IMG/VR virus record: IMGVR_UViG_3300017989_000089
Span: 64,001-83,039 of that record
Direction: 5' to 3' (one strand)
Origin: a virus
Lineage: Duplodnaviria > Heunggongvirae > Uroviricota > Caudoviricetes
Length of the DNA stretch: 19,039 nucleotides
This document shows, one piece after another, positions 8,205-15,051 of the stretch; the stretch's first letter is position 1; each line of letters opens with the position of its first letter. Position numbers and translations under genes: made by a program. The notes beneath the pieces are model-generated. The model searched no databases. It saw only the letters and a program-made list of their open reading frames with translations, and was not told where the DNA came from.

Positions 8205-8739
8205 GGTTTTTGTTGGGTGGTTTGGGACTAAGCAGTATCCCCCGAAGGTACTAACGGCTACTAACCGCTTTCCCTCCACGTAGCCTCCGTACGCGATTGG
8301 GAGGACTTCGGTTGCTTCCCCTGCTCGGGCCGCAGATCCTTCCGTACCACCCGTTCTGTTCACACTGGATTGAACCAGTAACTCCCTTTTCTGGCTCTCA
8401 CGAAGGAGAGAGGGGCGCTATCATTTAGCTAGTGAATCAGACCGTATAAATCCAAGTAGCCAGTCACCGAAGTGAGAGGCGGAGACCACTCCGGAATCGA
8501 ACCATAACCCCCGGCCTACGGTACCGCGACCGCTGGCTACCCTTGCAAGAAATAAGTCCCGGGTGGGGTTCTTAAGGCTAGAACCCCACGAACACCCCAA
8601 GGCTCAACCGAGTTGCCTAGTGGCCACCGACAATCGGCTATATTGCCAAGGCTCATGATACCAGTAGCCGCCGCCCCTGCCTTTGACCTCGGGCCCATCA
8701 ATTCGACCCTGGTATACGCCGGTCATTGACGACGACCAC
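8205..8739 (-). ncRNA. large structured ncRNA with RNase P RNA-like motifs and topology
   Basis: Own promoter, no credible CDS, C(UUCG)G and T-loop hairpins, long-range helices; motifs AACCCCACCCGG, GCAAG, GGCUACUUG, CUAGCUAAAUGA and ACAGAAC in the same order as bacterial rnpB; CR-I GAAAGUCC not found. Confidence 0.6.
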
Positions 8740-8745
8740 ATAACT

Positions 8746-8774
8746 ACGGTACCACACATCCGCGGCAATGTCAA
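8746..8774 (-). promoter_or_regulatory. sigma70-type promoter with TGTG extended -10, driving the ncRNA
   Basis: TTGACA (8774-8769), 17 bp, TACCGT (8751-8746). Confidence 0.75.
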
Positions 8775-8858
8775 CCTAGGCGCTCAAGAAAGATGTCAAC
8801 CATTTCAGGTTGACTAAGCCAAAGTCAACTGATTTCGCTTGACTAAGCCTTTTCACGC

Positions 8859-8981
8859 TTATGGCCATAGGTTTAGTAAGTACAGTATCAGCATCAGGAG
8901 CAGCACAGGACTAGTCTGGAGCAGGAACGTCTTCCACGCTATCTCCCAGGTGGACCAGGTTGGATCTATGATTATCCTCAT
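8859..8981 (-). CDS. 40-aa membrane protein (not in ORF track)
   Basis: MRIIIDPTWSTWEIAWKTFLLQTSPVLLLMLILYLLNLWP; ATGA-coupled. Confidence 0.6.
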   Translation of the reverse strand: MRIIIDPTWSTWEIAWKTFLLQTSPVLLLMLILYLLNLWP

Positions 8982-9271
8982 TGCTCACTCACGTAGTTGA
9001 ACCCCACGCATTCCTCGATCTGCGCTGGTAGGTTCCCGAACTCCGCACCGAAGCGGCAGAAATGATCCCTGATTCTCGAGCAACCTAGGCATGTCTTGAA
9101 GGTCGACCATTCGTCTTCCCATTTGCCGGTGACGTGGTGGTAGCTCTCCCCGGGCTCGATGGTGCGATCACATTCGCAACACGTGTGCTCTTTTCGAGCC
9201 TTACGCATCTCCTCGTGGTAGACATCAGGTAGGACGTCAACTTCGATCGAGCAATCGCATGAGATGATCAT
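8978..9271 (-). CDS. Zn-binding phage protein
   Basis: RKARKEHTCCEC...PGE.Y...G.W...KTCLGC. Confidence 0.8.
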   Translation of the reverse strand: MIISCDCSIEVDVLPDVYHEEMRKARKEHTCCECDRTIEPGESYHHVTGKWEDEWSTFKTCLGCSRIRDHFCRFGAEFGNLPAQIEECVGFNYVSEQ

Positions 9272-9447
9272 TCAGGTTCTCCATACACAGGGAACACTTC
9301 TACACCTTCCACGAAGAACCTGTTCCCAATATTCGGTTCTGATTCTCTACACTTCTTACAGTATCGTCGTCCCTTACCCAAGCCGGACTTGACCTCTTCA
9401 ACTACTCTACGCTTCCTGCACTTGTAACAAGTGCCACGCTTTTTCAT
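9268..9447 (-). CDS. Zn-finger hypothetical protein
   Basis: TAATG overlap places start at 9447; CYKC...CKKC. Confidence 0.7.
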   Translation of the reverse strand: MKKRGTCYKCRKRRVVEEVKSGLGKGRRYCKKCRESEPNIGNRFFVEGVEVFPVYGEPE

Positions 9448-9638
9448 TACCACACCCTCTTCCCGCAATTCACACACACCCCATTACGGCACAGGTTATG
9501 TTGGCACATCTCCGGCCTGTTGCGAAGCTCTTTGATCTCCAACAGCAGACGATGGATATATGACTTCGGTACTTCGGTTGGCTCGCCTGTATCCGGAAAG
9601 ATCTCCAGGTCTTCTTCCAGCTGCTTATCACTTATCAT
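9447..9638 (-). CDS. hypothetical protein with Cys/His C-terminus
   Basis: GAGG RBS before ATG 9638; CQH...C...CVNC. Confidence 0.65.
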   Translation of the reverse strand: MISDKQLEEDLEIFPDTGEPTEVPKSYIHRLLLEIKELRNRPEMCQHNLCRNGVCVNCGKRVW

Positions 9639-9822
9639 ACTTAACCTCTTGTATGGTCTTCTCGTAGGGGAGCCCGGTGTTCTCTGCGATCTCCTTGCGT
9701 TGCCTATCAAGGAACTTCTTGGCCTTTTGAAGCACTCGACGATCGTGTCCTTGTTTGCAATCGCACTTTTCCGGGTGCCTCTTTCGTGCCCCACAGCCTG
9801 GGTCATGCGCGCTTTTTGTCAT
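9628..9822 (-). CDS. hypothetical protein
   Basis: 64 aa; H..C...H..CxC. Confidence 0.6.
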   Translation of the reverse strand: MTKSAHDPGCGARKRHPEKCDCKQGHDRRVLQKAKKFLDRQRKEIAENTGLPYEKTIQEVKYDK

Positions 9823-10003
9823 TGGCTCTATAGCTCCCGTTCCACATCCATACTTGCATGAGACGAATGTGATAAATCTTCCATGCTATGCGCTGGCGTA
9901 GCTCGTGGGTCATGTTGTGCCCCATCAGATAATTCGCCAAGCGCAACTTGGCGCGCTCGAACCTATTGACACGCTCTTCGTAATCAGGGATTGCTGTTGG
10001 CAT
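9803..10003 (-). CDS. hypothetical protein
   Basis: GAGGGAG RBS before ATG 10003. Confidence 0.65.
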   Translation of the reverse strand: MPTAIPDYEERVNRFERAKLRLANYLMGHNMTHELRQRIAWKIYHIRLMQVWMWNGSYRANDKKRA

Positions 10004-10178
10004 CAGGCTCCCTCGTGAATGTACGACCATGCCACTCGTTTACTTCGTACTCTAACTCGAAGTTGTCGTGGCGTAGCTTACACTCTAGCTCGTTTAGTGT
10101 GTCGAGGATGATTGATCGAAGCTTGTCGGCGTATGCGATGTGATAGCTAACCTTCAAATGTACTCGGTTCATTATCAA
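9984..10178 (-). CDS. hypothetical protein
   Basis: GAGG RBS, ATGA-coupled. Confidence 0.65.
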   Translation of the reverse strand: MIMNRVHLKVSYHIAYADKLRSIILDTLNELECKLRHDNFELEYEVNEWHGRTFTREPDANSNP

Positions 10179-10357
10179 TCCCTCTCATAGACGAGCCAGG
10201 TGACGAACACGACGATACACGTGAGAAATGCTCCACCGAAGATCTCGATCGGCACCACCTTTGTTATAGAGTTCATGAGGATCAGCAAAGCGACCATCGA
10301 CAACACGAGCACAGTCGTGAAGAAGATCGATTTCAGCAGTGCTTTCATGAGCTTCAT
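10175..10357 (-). CDS. small membrane protein (2 TM)
   Basis: Two hydrophobic helices; GGAGAG RBS; ATGA-coupled. Confidence 0.7.
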   Translation of the reverse strand: MKLMKALLKSIFFTTVLVLSMVALLILMNSITKVVPIEIFGGAFLTCIVVFVTWLVYERD

Positions 10358-10527
10358 ATATCATCTCTCCTTGCCTCGGCGCAGTCGTCGCACCACCACT
10401 CCTTCCCGTATGGTCTGCCCTCGGGGAACACCTCTCGCAGGAACGGATCCTCGATGAGAGTGCATTGCCTCAGCTTCGAACACCGAGAGCACTTCACCCA
10501 TTTGTAGGTGTAGTCGTCTTCGCTCAT
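10354..10527 (-). CDS. Zn-binding hypothetical protein
   Basis: TAATG overlap; CSRC...CDDC. Confidence 0.7.
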   Translation of the reverse strand: MSEDDYTYKWVKCSRCSKLRQCTLIEDPFLREVFPEGRPYGKEWWCDDCAEARRDDI

Positions 10528-10910
10528 TACTGGGCTAGGATCACGTAATAAGGCATCCCACCTGGGAGCGCGGCCCACACCGCTCTCGGAAGCAGGCACT
10601 TCACCGCACCGATTGCGAGCCCGAGTAGGAACAGCTGCTCCATGCTTCGGTGCTCGCCGGTCCATTGGTTTCCGTGCTTGTCTTCACACGCCTGCAGGAA
10701 TGACCAGCCGCCCCCACTCTTCTCTTTGAACGTATCGGGAAGCTCGTCGAGCATCTGTCGGATCTCGTCCTTGTAGTTGCTCAGGCGATCGGGGTGGAAG
10801 CCGACGTTTGTCACGATGCCCTCGGCCTTGACGTAGTTCGTTTTGTCCTCATCCTCTTTGAAGAGGCAGTCTCTGAAAACCTCGTCCACTCGTTTGGCAG
10901 TAAGCTCCAT
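10527..10910 (-). CDS. conserved hypothetical phage protein
   Basis: GGGWSFL.AC.DK.GNQWTG.H..ME.L...LPGGMPY motif recalled as a widespread phage/bacterial hypothetical (unverified). Confidence 0.85.
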   Translation of the reverse strand: MELTAKRVDEVFRDCLFKEDEDKTNYVKAEGIVTNVGFHPDRLSNYKDEIRQMLDELPDTFKEKSGGGWSFLQACEDKHGNQWTGEHRSMEQLFLLGLAIGAVKCLLPRAVWAALPGGMPYYVILAQ

Positions 10911-11159
10911 TCAATCCTCCAATGGCGGTTCGTTTGTTTTGCCGAAGAGCCACATTGCGAAGTCGTGGATGCCTTCTTCGTAACGTTCGTAGAAGGCTCC
11001 GTTGGGGGCTCGGGATTCCTCGGCGAGTTCTAGGACCTTGGCGATTTGCTCAGGTGTGCGTCTGACGGTGTAGTCACCCTGCCGGAGGCTCTCGGCTATG
11101 GTCTCGAGGCTCTGGGCGATTCGCTCAGCTAGCTCTTGTTGGTACGGTGTCAATTCCAT
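10911..11159 (-). CDS. hypothetical protein
   Basis: AAGGAG RBS, 82 aa. Confidence 0.75.
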   Translation of the reverse strand: MELTPYQQELAERIAQSLETIAESLRQGDYTVRRTPEQIAKVLELAEESRAPNGAFYERYEEGIHDFAMWLFGKTNEPPLED

Positions 11160-11168
11160 GCTATCTCC

Positions 11169-11345
11169 TTAGTAGACGGCGCAATTGGGCCAAGACCTCT
11201 TGATGCGCTCGACTAAAATGAACCCAGAGATCCATTCGAGGCTCTCGAGGTCGGGGTCATCGTCCGCTAGCTCCGGGTAAGCAAGCCCGCAGGTGCAGAT
11301 AGCCCACTCGCCTCCGAAATCACAATAAGGACAGTATCTTCGCAT
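11169..11345 (-). CDS. 58-aa Cys-containing protein (not in ORF track)
   Basis: MRRYCPYCDFGGEWAICTCG...; lies directly after tandem promoters. Confidence 0.6.
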   Translation of the reverse strand: MRRYCPYCDFGGEWAICTCGLAYPELADDDPDLESLEWISGFILVERIKRSWPNCAVY

Positions 11346-11351
11346 ACCTTA

Positions 11352-11380
11352 GGTCTATCATACTCTGGCTCGGATGTCAA
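11352..11380 (-). promoter_or_regulatory. sigma70-type leftward promoter
   Basis: TTGACA, 17 bp ending TATGa, TAGACC. Confidence 0.55.
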
Positions 11381-11405
11381 CCTAGGCGGTCAGTAAGCAA
11401 GTCGC

Positions 11406-11434
11406 TCTATACCATACTTTACCGGCGATGTCAA
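11406..11434 (-). promoter_or_regulatory. sigma70-type leftward promoter
   Basis: TTGACA, 17 bp ending TATGg, TATAGA. Confidence 0.65.
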
Positions 11435-11626
11435 GGAGAACCTAGGCGGGTAGGATGACTGCAAAAATTGCAGGTGGCGTGCTGGAGGTTGCCTCTGGGG
11501 GCGCAGCCGCTGGCTCCCCAAATGTAGGGAAAAGCCCCCGTGGGGATTCCCCTACGTGGTGAATAACACGCACCGCTAAGTGCTTGATACGCAACGACTT
11601 ACGAGGACTGGCATGCTTCTTGATCC

Positions 11627-11660
11627 TGGCATGCTATATGCATAAGCAAGCTCTATGCCA
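11627..11660. promoter_or_regulatory. convergent pair of sigma54-type -24/-12 motifs
   Basis: TGGCATGCTATATGCA (+) and TGGCATAGAGCTTGCT (-), both GG-N10-GC. Confidence 0.55.
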
Positions 11661-11952
11661 CTATGCCATAGCCTAGGCCACCCATAAGCTATAGATAATA
11701 AAGGATTTATTTCGATACGCAATTATTGCAGTATATCCCATAAGTACTTTATTTATAACTACTTATAGGTACCCCCCTATATAAGGCCTTTATATACAGT
11801 ACTTTACAGCCCCTATGGTATATCCCCTACACGCTATTCGGGTATTCCCTACATAGGGTAATATCCCCTCACCTTCGCCCTATGTATGCTTACCGTATGG
11901 TTAGTAGCATCATACGTATAGCTATAAGTACTTTAATTGCAATAGTTTAGGC

Positions 11953-11985
11953 TGGCACGGATATTGCTATGCAAAGCCCATGCCA
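11953..11985. promoter_or_regulatory. convergent pair of sigma54-type -24/-12 motifs
   Basis: TGGCACGGATATTGCT (+, consensus) and TGGCATGGGCTTTGCA (-). Confidence 0.65.
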
Positions 11986-13054
11986 ATAGGGTGTGGGGAT
12001 ATCCCCATGGGGGGAAAAACACATGTAGTGCTTCCCCCACGGTGGGGCAACGTCTTCCCCTCTCCCCGCTGCAATATATGCGCAATAAGCGTATAAAGCT
12101 CCCCTATGGGAGCGGGGGAGCAAGGGGGAGCGACATACGGGGGATCCGAGGGGGAGCGGGTAAGCTCAAGTTATACTTTAGGGGATATAGGGGGAAAATA
12201 AAATATCCCCGATCTTTTTGCTTGACAAAAGCGATATTATGTTATCCCCTTTATTATCAATAAGTTATAGAAAATAGTGTATCCCATATATGAGCTTGTA
12301 ACTTATTCAAAATAAAAAGCTTATTTTCCGCTTTCAAAATAGCGATATGAGAGCTTTATTTTCCCCTTTCTATGGAATAATAAGGATATTTTATTTCGGA
12401 GCTTTAAAAGCGAAATATGAGCTTCCGTATCTTATAGAAAATAAATAAGTTACAGAAATCTCGAGATCCAATATATTGGATGGCACGATCCTTGATCTTG
12501 GATCGCTCCCCTATGGTATTTTCCCCGCTTTAAAAAAGATCGATCTTTTTTGCTTGACAAAGGGGGATCCGTATGCTCCCGGGAGAGAGCGATCGAGCGG
12601 AGAGGGATCCCGGGATCGAGGGGGAGCGGGATCGGGGGATCGTCGCTCCGAGCTTCGGGGAGCTTTCGCGGATCTCGGGATCTCCCGCTGTCGGGATCTC
12701 GCTCTCGGGGGATCTCGGGGATCTCCGCTCTCGGGGGAGCTTCCGCGGGGGAGAGCTTCGGGGGAGCTTCGGATCTCTCCCCTTATATTGATACAAGCGG
12801 GGGATCGAGCGGGATCGGGGGATCTTTCCCCCGCAAGATCGCGGGATCTCGAGAAAATACGCTTATCTCATTTATTTTCTGTAACTTATGAGCGATCCGA
12901 GAGCGAGGGGAAGATCCCCCTTTATTACGCTTGCATAATGCCAAAATAAGGGATAAAATCGGATCGAAGCTCGGAGAGCGGAGCGGGTAAAATGAGAAAA
13001 GCTTTATTTTGCAATAAGTTACAAGCGATAAAAAAGCTCCCGCTTTGGCTCATT

Positions 13055-13072
13055 TTGGCAAGATCATTGCAT
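13055..13072 (+). promoter_or_regulatory. sigma54-type promoter upstream of the rightward cluster
   Basis: TTGGCAAGATCATTGCAT (GG 13057-58, GC 13069-70); IHF-like site at 13009-13021; first ATG at 13111. Confidence 0.65.
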
Positions 13073-13110
13073 ATTAGATCGACATAATGAGAGAGAAAGG
13101 GGAAAGCAAA

Positions 13111-13356
13111 ATGAGAACAAGCGAGGGATACGAAGGGATCGGGATCGAGGGAAGCGACAGCATAGAAACGATCGAGCGGAAAAAAGCGGAAGCTCGGATC
13201 GCGGGGATCGAGCTTGAGCTTTCGGATCTTTGGCTCATGAAAAACGAAGCTCTCTCCCACGGGATCACGGGATCGAGCGACATAAGAGCTTGCATGAGGG
13301 ATCGCAAGATCGAAGCTTTGGAGCGGGAGCTTTTCGAGCTTTGCTCGATCGTATAA
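13111..13356 (+). CDS. helical hypothetical protein, first gene of the island
   Basis: GGGGAAAGCAAAATG start; 81 aa. Confidence 0.7.
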   Translation: MRTSEGYEGIGIEGSDSIETIERKKAEARIAGIELELSDLWLMKNEALSHGITGSSDIRACMRDRKIEALERELFELCSIV

Positions 13357-13388
13357 GCGGAGCGGAGAGCTTGAGCAAACGGGAAACG

Positions 13389-13434
13389 AAAGCGGGAGCG
13401 GGGAGCGGAAAGCTTCCCCTCTCGCTTTTTGCTT
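13389..13434 (+). terminator. intrinsic terminator-like hairpin
   Basis: ~14-bp GC stem with GGAAA loop followed by TTTTTGCTTT. Confidence 0.55.
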
Positions 13435-13475
13435 TGCATGAGGGGGAAGCAACGGATCGAAGCTTTGGCAAGTTT

Positions 13476-13530
13476 CGGAGCTTTGCGGGGGAGCGAGGGA
13501 GCGGATCTCTCGCTCCCGATCAAAGCTTCG
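13476..13530 (+). other. intergenic RNA hairpin, copy 1 (possible processing site)
   Basis: CGGAGCTTTG/CAAAGCTTCG outer stem, CGG/GAT internal loop, 12-bp inner stem. Confidence 0.6.
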
Positions 13531-13562
13531 CAAGCGACAGCGGAGCGGAGAAAGGGGGAAGC

Positions 13563-13730
13563 ATGAGAGAGGGGAAGCGGAGCAACGGGAAGCGGGGAGA
13601 GCTTATATCGCTCCCGCTTTTTGTCGCTTTGTACGGGGAAGCTCCAAAGCTCCGAGAGAGGGAGCGGAGCGAGCAACGGAGCGATCTTGAAAAGCGGAAG
13701 ATCGCGATCATGTTAAGGGGGAAAGCATGA
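13563..13730 (+). CDS. 55-aa hypothetical protein
   Basis: AAAGGGGGAAGCATG start; TGA overlaps ATG 13727. Confidence 0.55.
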   Translation: MREGKRSNGKRGELISLPLFVALYGEAPKLRERERSEQRSDLEKRKIAIMLRGKA

Positions 13731-15001
13731 GGGAGCAACGGGAAGATCGGATCGTTGAATTGACGATCCCTTATTACTCGATCGAAAGCTTCGAGAGCGA
13801 GATCAAGCGGATCAACGATCGCTTGAGAAAGAAAGGGATCGAAACTCGGATCTTTGCTTTGAAAGGGGAGAGCAAGCTCCGCAAGATCGAAACTCCCACG
13901 GGAAAAGAGATCAAGATCGAAGCAACGGATTTTAGGATCTTGCTCCCCGAGATCAAGCTTCCGGGATCGTGGGAGCTTATCGGAGCTTTGGATCATGAGA
14001 GCGGGGGAGATCTTGCGATCGTCAAAAGCTTACCCGGGAGAGCGGAGCTTCCCGCGGAGTTTCGGAAAGTAAGCTCTCTCCGTTGCGATCATTGCAAGCG
14101 GAGCATACGGAGAAAAGATACTTTCGCGATCCAAAGCGGGGAAACGGGGGAGATCTTGATCGTTGGGAGATCTTGCATAGCAGATTATCTCGGGATCGAT
14201 CCCTCGGGAGCTTTGTACGTTTATGATCTATACGATCGCTTGTATAAGCTCTTTTCCGAAGCGGAAGATCCCGAGCTTGAGAGCTTCGGGGGATCGTATC
14301 GCGGGATCGTTGCTTATCCCGCGGGAGAGTTTCTCGAATATTCCGCAACGGTGATCCGCTCGATCGGATATTGCTCCAAAGCGAAAGCGGAAGATCTCCA
14401 AACGATCCCGACAGCGGATCTTATATGGGATCTCATGCTTTCGGGAGAGCGGGAGAGAGCGAAGCGGGAAGCGGATCTAGGGATCAAAGCTTCCGAAGAT
14501 CATGATCTTGAGCTTGCGCAAAGCTCGATCGTTTGGTTATTCCAGCGGGAAGCGGGAGAGCTTGAGCGATCGGAGTATCTCCGAAACTTGCAAACGATCG
14601 CGGAAGCGGGGATCGCAACGTATAAGACTAAGGGATACTTAGCAAGCTTGATCTCCGTATATCTCCGCGATCATGCAAAGCAAGCGGAGAGGGAAGCGGA
14701 GCGAGAGCGGGGGAAAGCTTCGGAGCATATCGGATCGAAAGGGGAGCGGAAGCGGGGGATCATGTTAACGATCCGCTCGATCCGATATTTTGAGGGATAT
14801 TACGGAGCGACATACTTAGTCAAGCTCTCGGATCCCGCTGGCAACGATCTAACATGGTTCGGATCGTACGATCCGCAAGATCGGGGATACGCGATCGGGG
14901 AAACTTACAAAGCGGATTTTACGATCAAAGATCACGATACATATAAGGGATCCAAGCAAACGAAGATCAATAGAGTAAGCTTTTCGAAAGCTCAAGTTTA
15001 A
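13727..15001 (+). CDS. phage protein with Zn-binding CDHC...C motif and predicted C-terminal OB-fold
   Basis: 424 aa; RCDHCKRSIRRK...TGE...VGRSC..DYLG; C-terminal SEHIG..GER...YG...D..GN.L.W...IK.H..YKG.KQT.I.RV. Confidence 0.85.
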   Translation: MREQREDRIVELTIPYYSIESFESEIKRINDRLRKKGIETRIFALKGESKLRKIETPTGKEIKIEATDFRILLPEIKLPGSWELIGALDHESGGDLAIVKSLPGRAELPAEFRKVSSLRCDHCKRSIRRKDTFAIQSGETGEILIVGRSCIADYLGIDPSGALYVYDLYDRLYKLFSEAEDPELESFGGSYRGIVAYPAGEFLEYSATVIRSIGYCSKAKAEDLQTIPTADLIWDLMLSGERERAKREADLGIKASEDHDLELAQSSIVWLFQREAGELERSEYLRNLQTIAEAGIATYKTKGYLASLISVYLRDHAKQAEREAERERGKASEHIGSKGERKRGIMLTIRSIRYFEGYYGATYLVKLSDPAGNDLTWFGSYDPQDRGYAIGETYKADFTIKDHDTYKGSKQTKINRVSFSKAQV

Positions 15002-15007
15002 CGAAGC

Positions 15008-15033
15008 GGGGGAGCGGAGAGATCCGCTCTCCC
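15008..15033 (+). other. intergenic GNRA-capped hairpin
   Basis: 11-bp stem GGGGGAGCGGA/TCCGCTCTCCC with GAGA loop. Confidence 0.5.
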
Positions 15034-15051
15034 CCTAACAAAGGGGGAAGC

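Larger units (their letters stand above)
11577..13021. repeat. dispersed family of 25-bp imperfect dyads made of IHF-like half sites
   Basis: Copies at 11577, 11685, 11741, 11782, 11925, 12243, 12299, 12428, 12997; exact WATCAANNNNTTR at 11577-11589 (-) and 12255-12267 (+). Confidence 0.7.

Noticed and set aside
8103-8363. 86-aa ORF on the minus strand
   Set aside because: No RBS near its GTG, overlaps the well-supported 7939-8184 gene by 82 nt, and lies in the structured RNA 3' domain
8493-8503. GGTTCGATTCC T-loop suggesting a tRNA or tmRNA gene
   Set aside because: No acceptor stem, D-arm or anticodon arm can be built around it; treated as a motif within the larger ncRNA
8205-8739. Canonical rnpB or group I intron
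   Set aside because: CR-I GAGGAAAGUCC and the CR-II/III S-domain motifs are absent; no group I P7 G-site or R/S elements and no interrupted gene. No gene symbol assigned
11450-12500. Chimeric assembly junction as the cause of the composition shift
   Set aside because: Not preferred: the shift is gradual, the dyad and sigma54 motifs span it, and the GGAAGCATGA junction and TTGACA-N11-GTATG motif occur on both sides. Not excluded without reads
12222-12577. TTGACA at 12222 and 12554 as standard sigma70 promoters
   Set aside because: No acceptable -10 at 16-18 bp (TCCCCT, TCCCGG) and no gene nearby; noted only as a repeated GATCTTTTT(T)GCTTGACAAA element
11964-12949. ORFs 11964-12263, 12476-12949, 12530-12796, 12550-12891, 12573-12791
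   Set aside because: Low-complexity G/S/R translations of repeat-rich DNA, with no RBS of the local type
11577-13021. CRISPR array or integron attC array
   Set aside because: The dyads are divergent and irregularly spaced, with no constant repeat-spacer period and no cas or integrase gene
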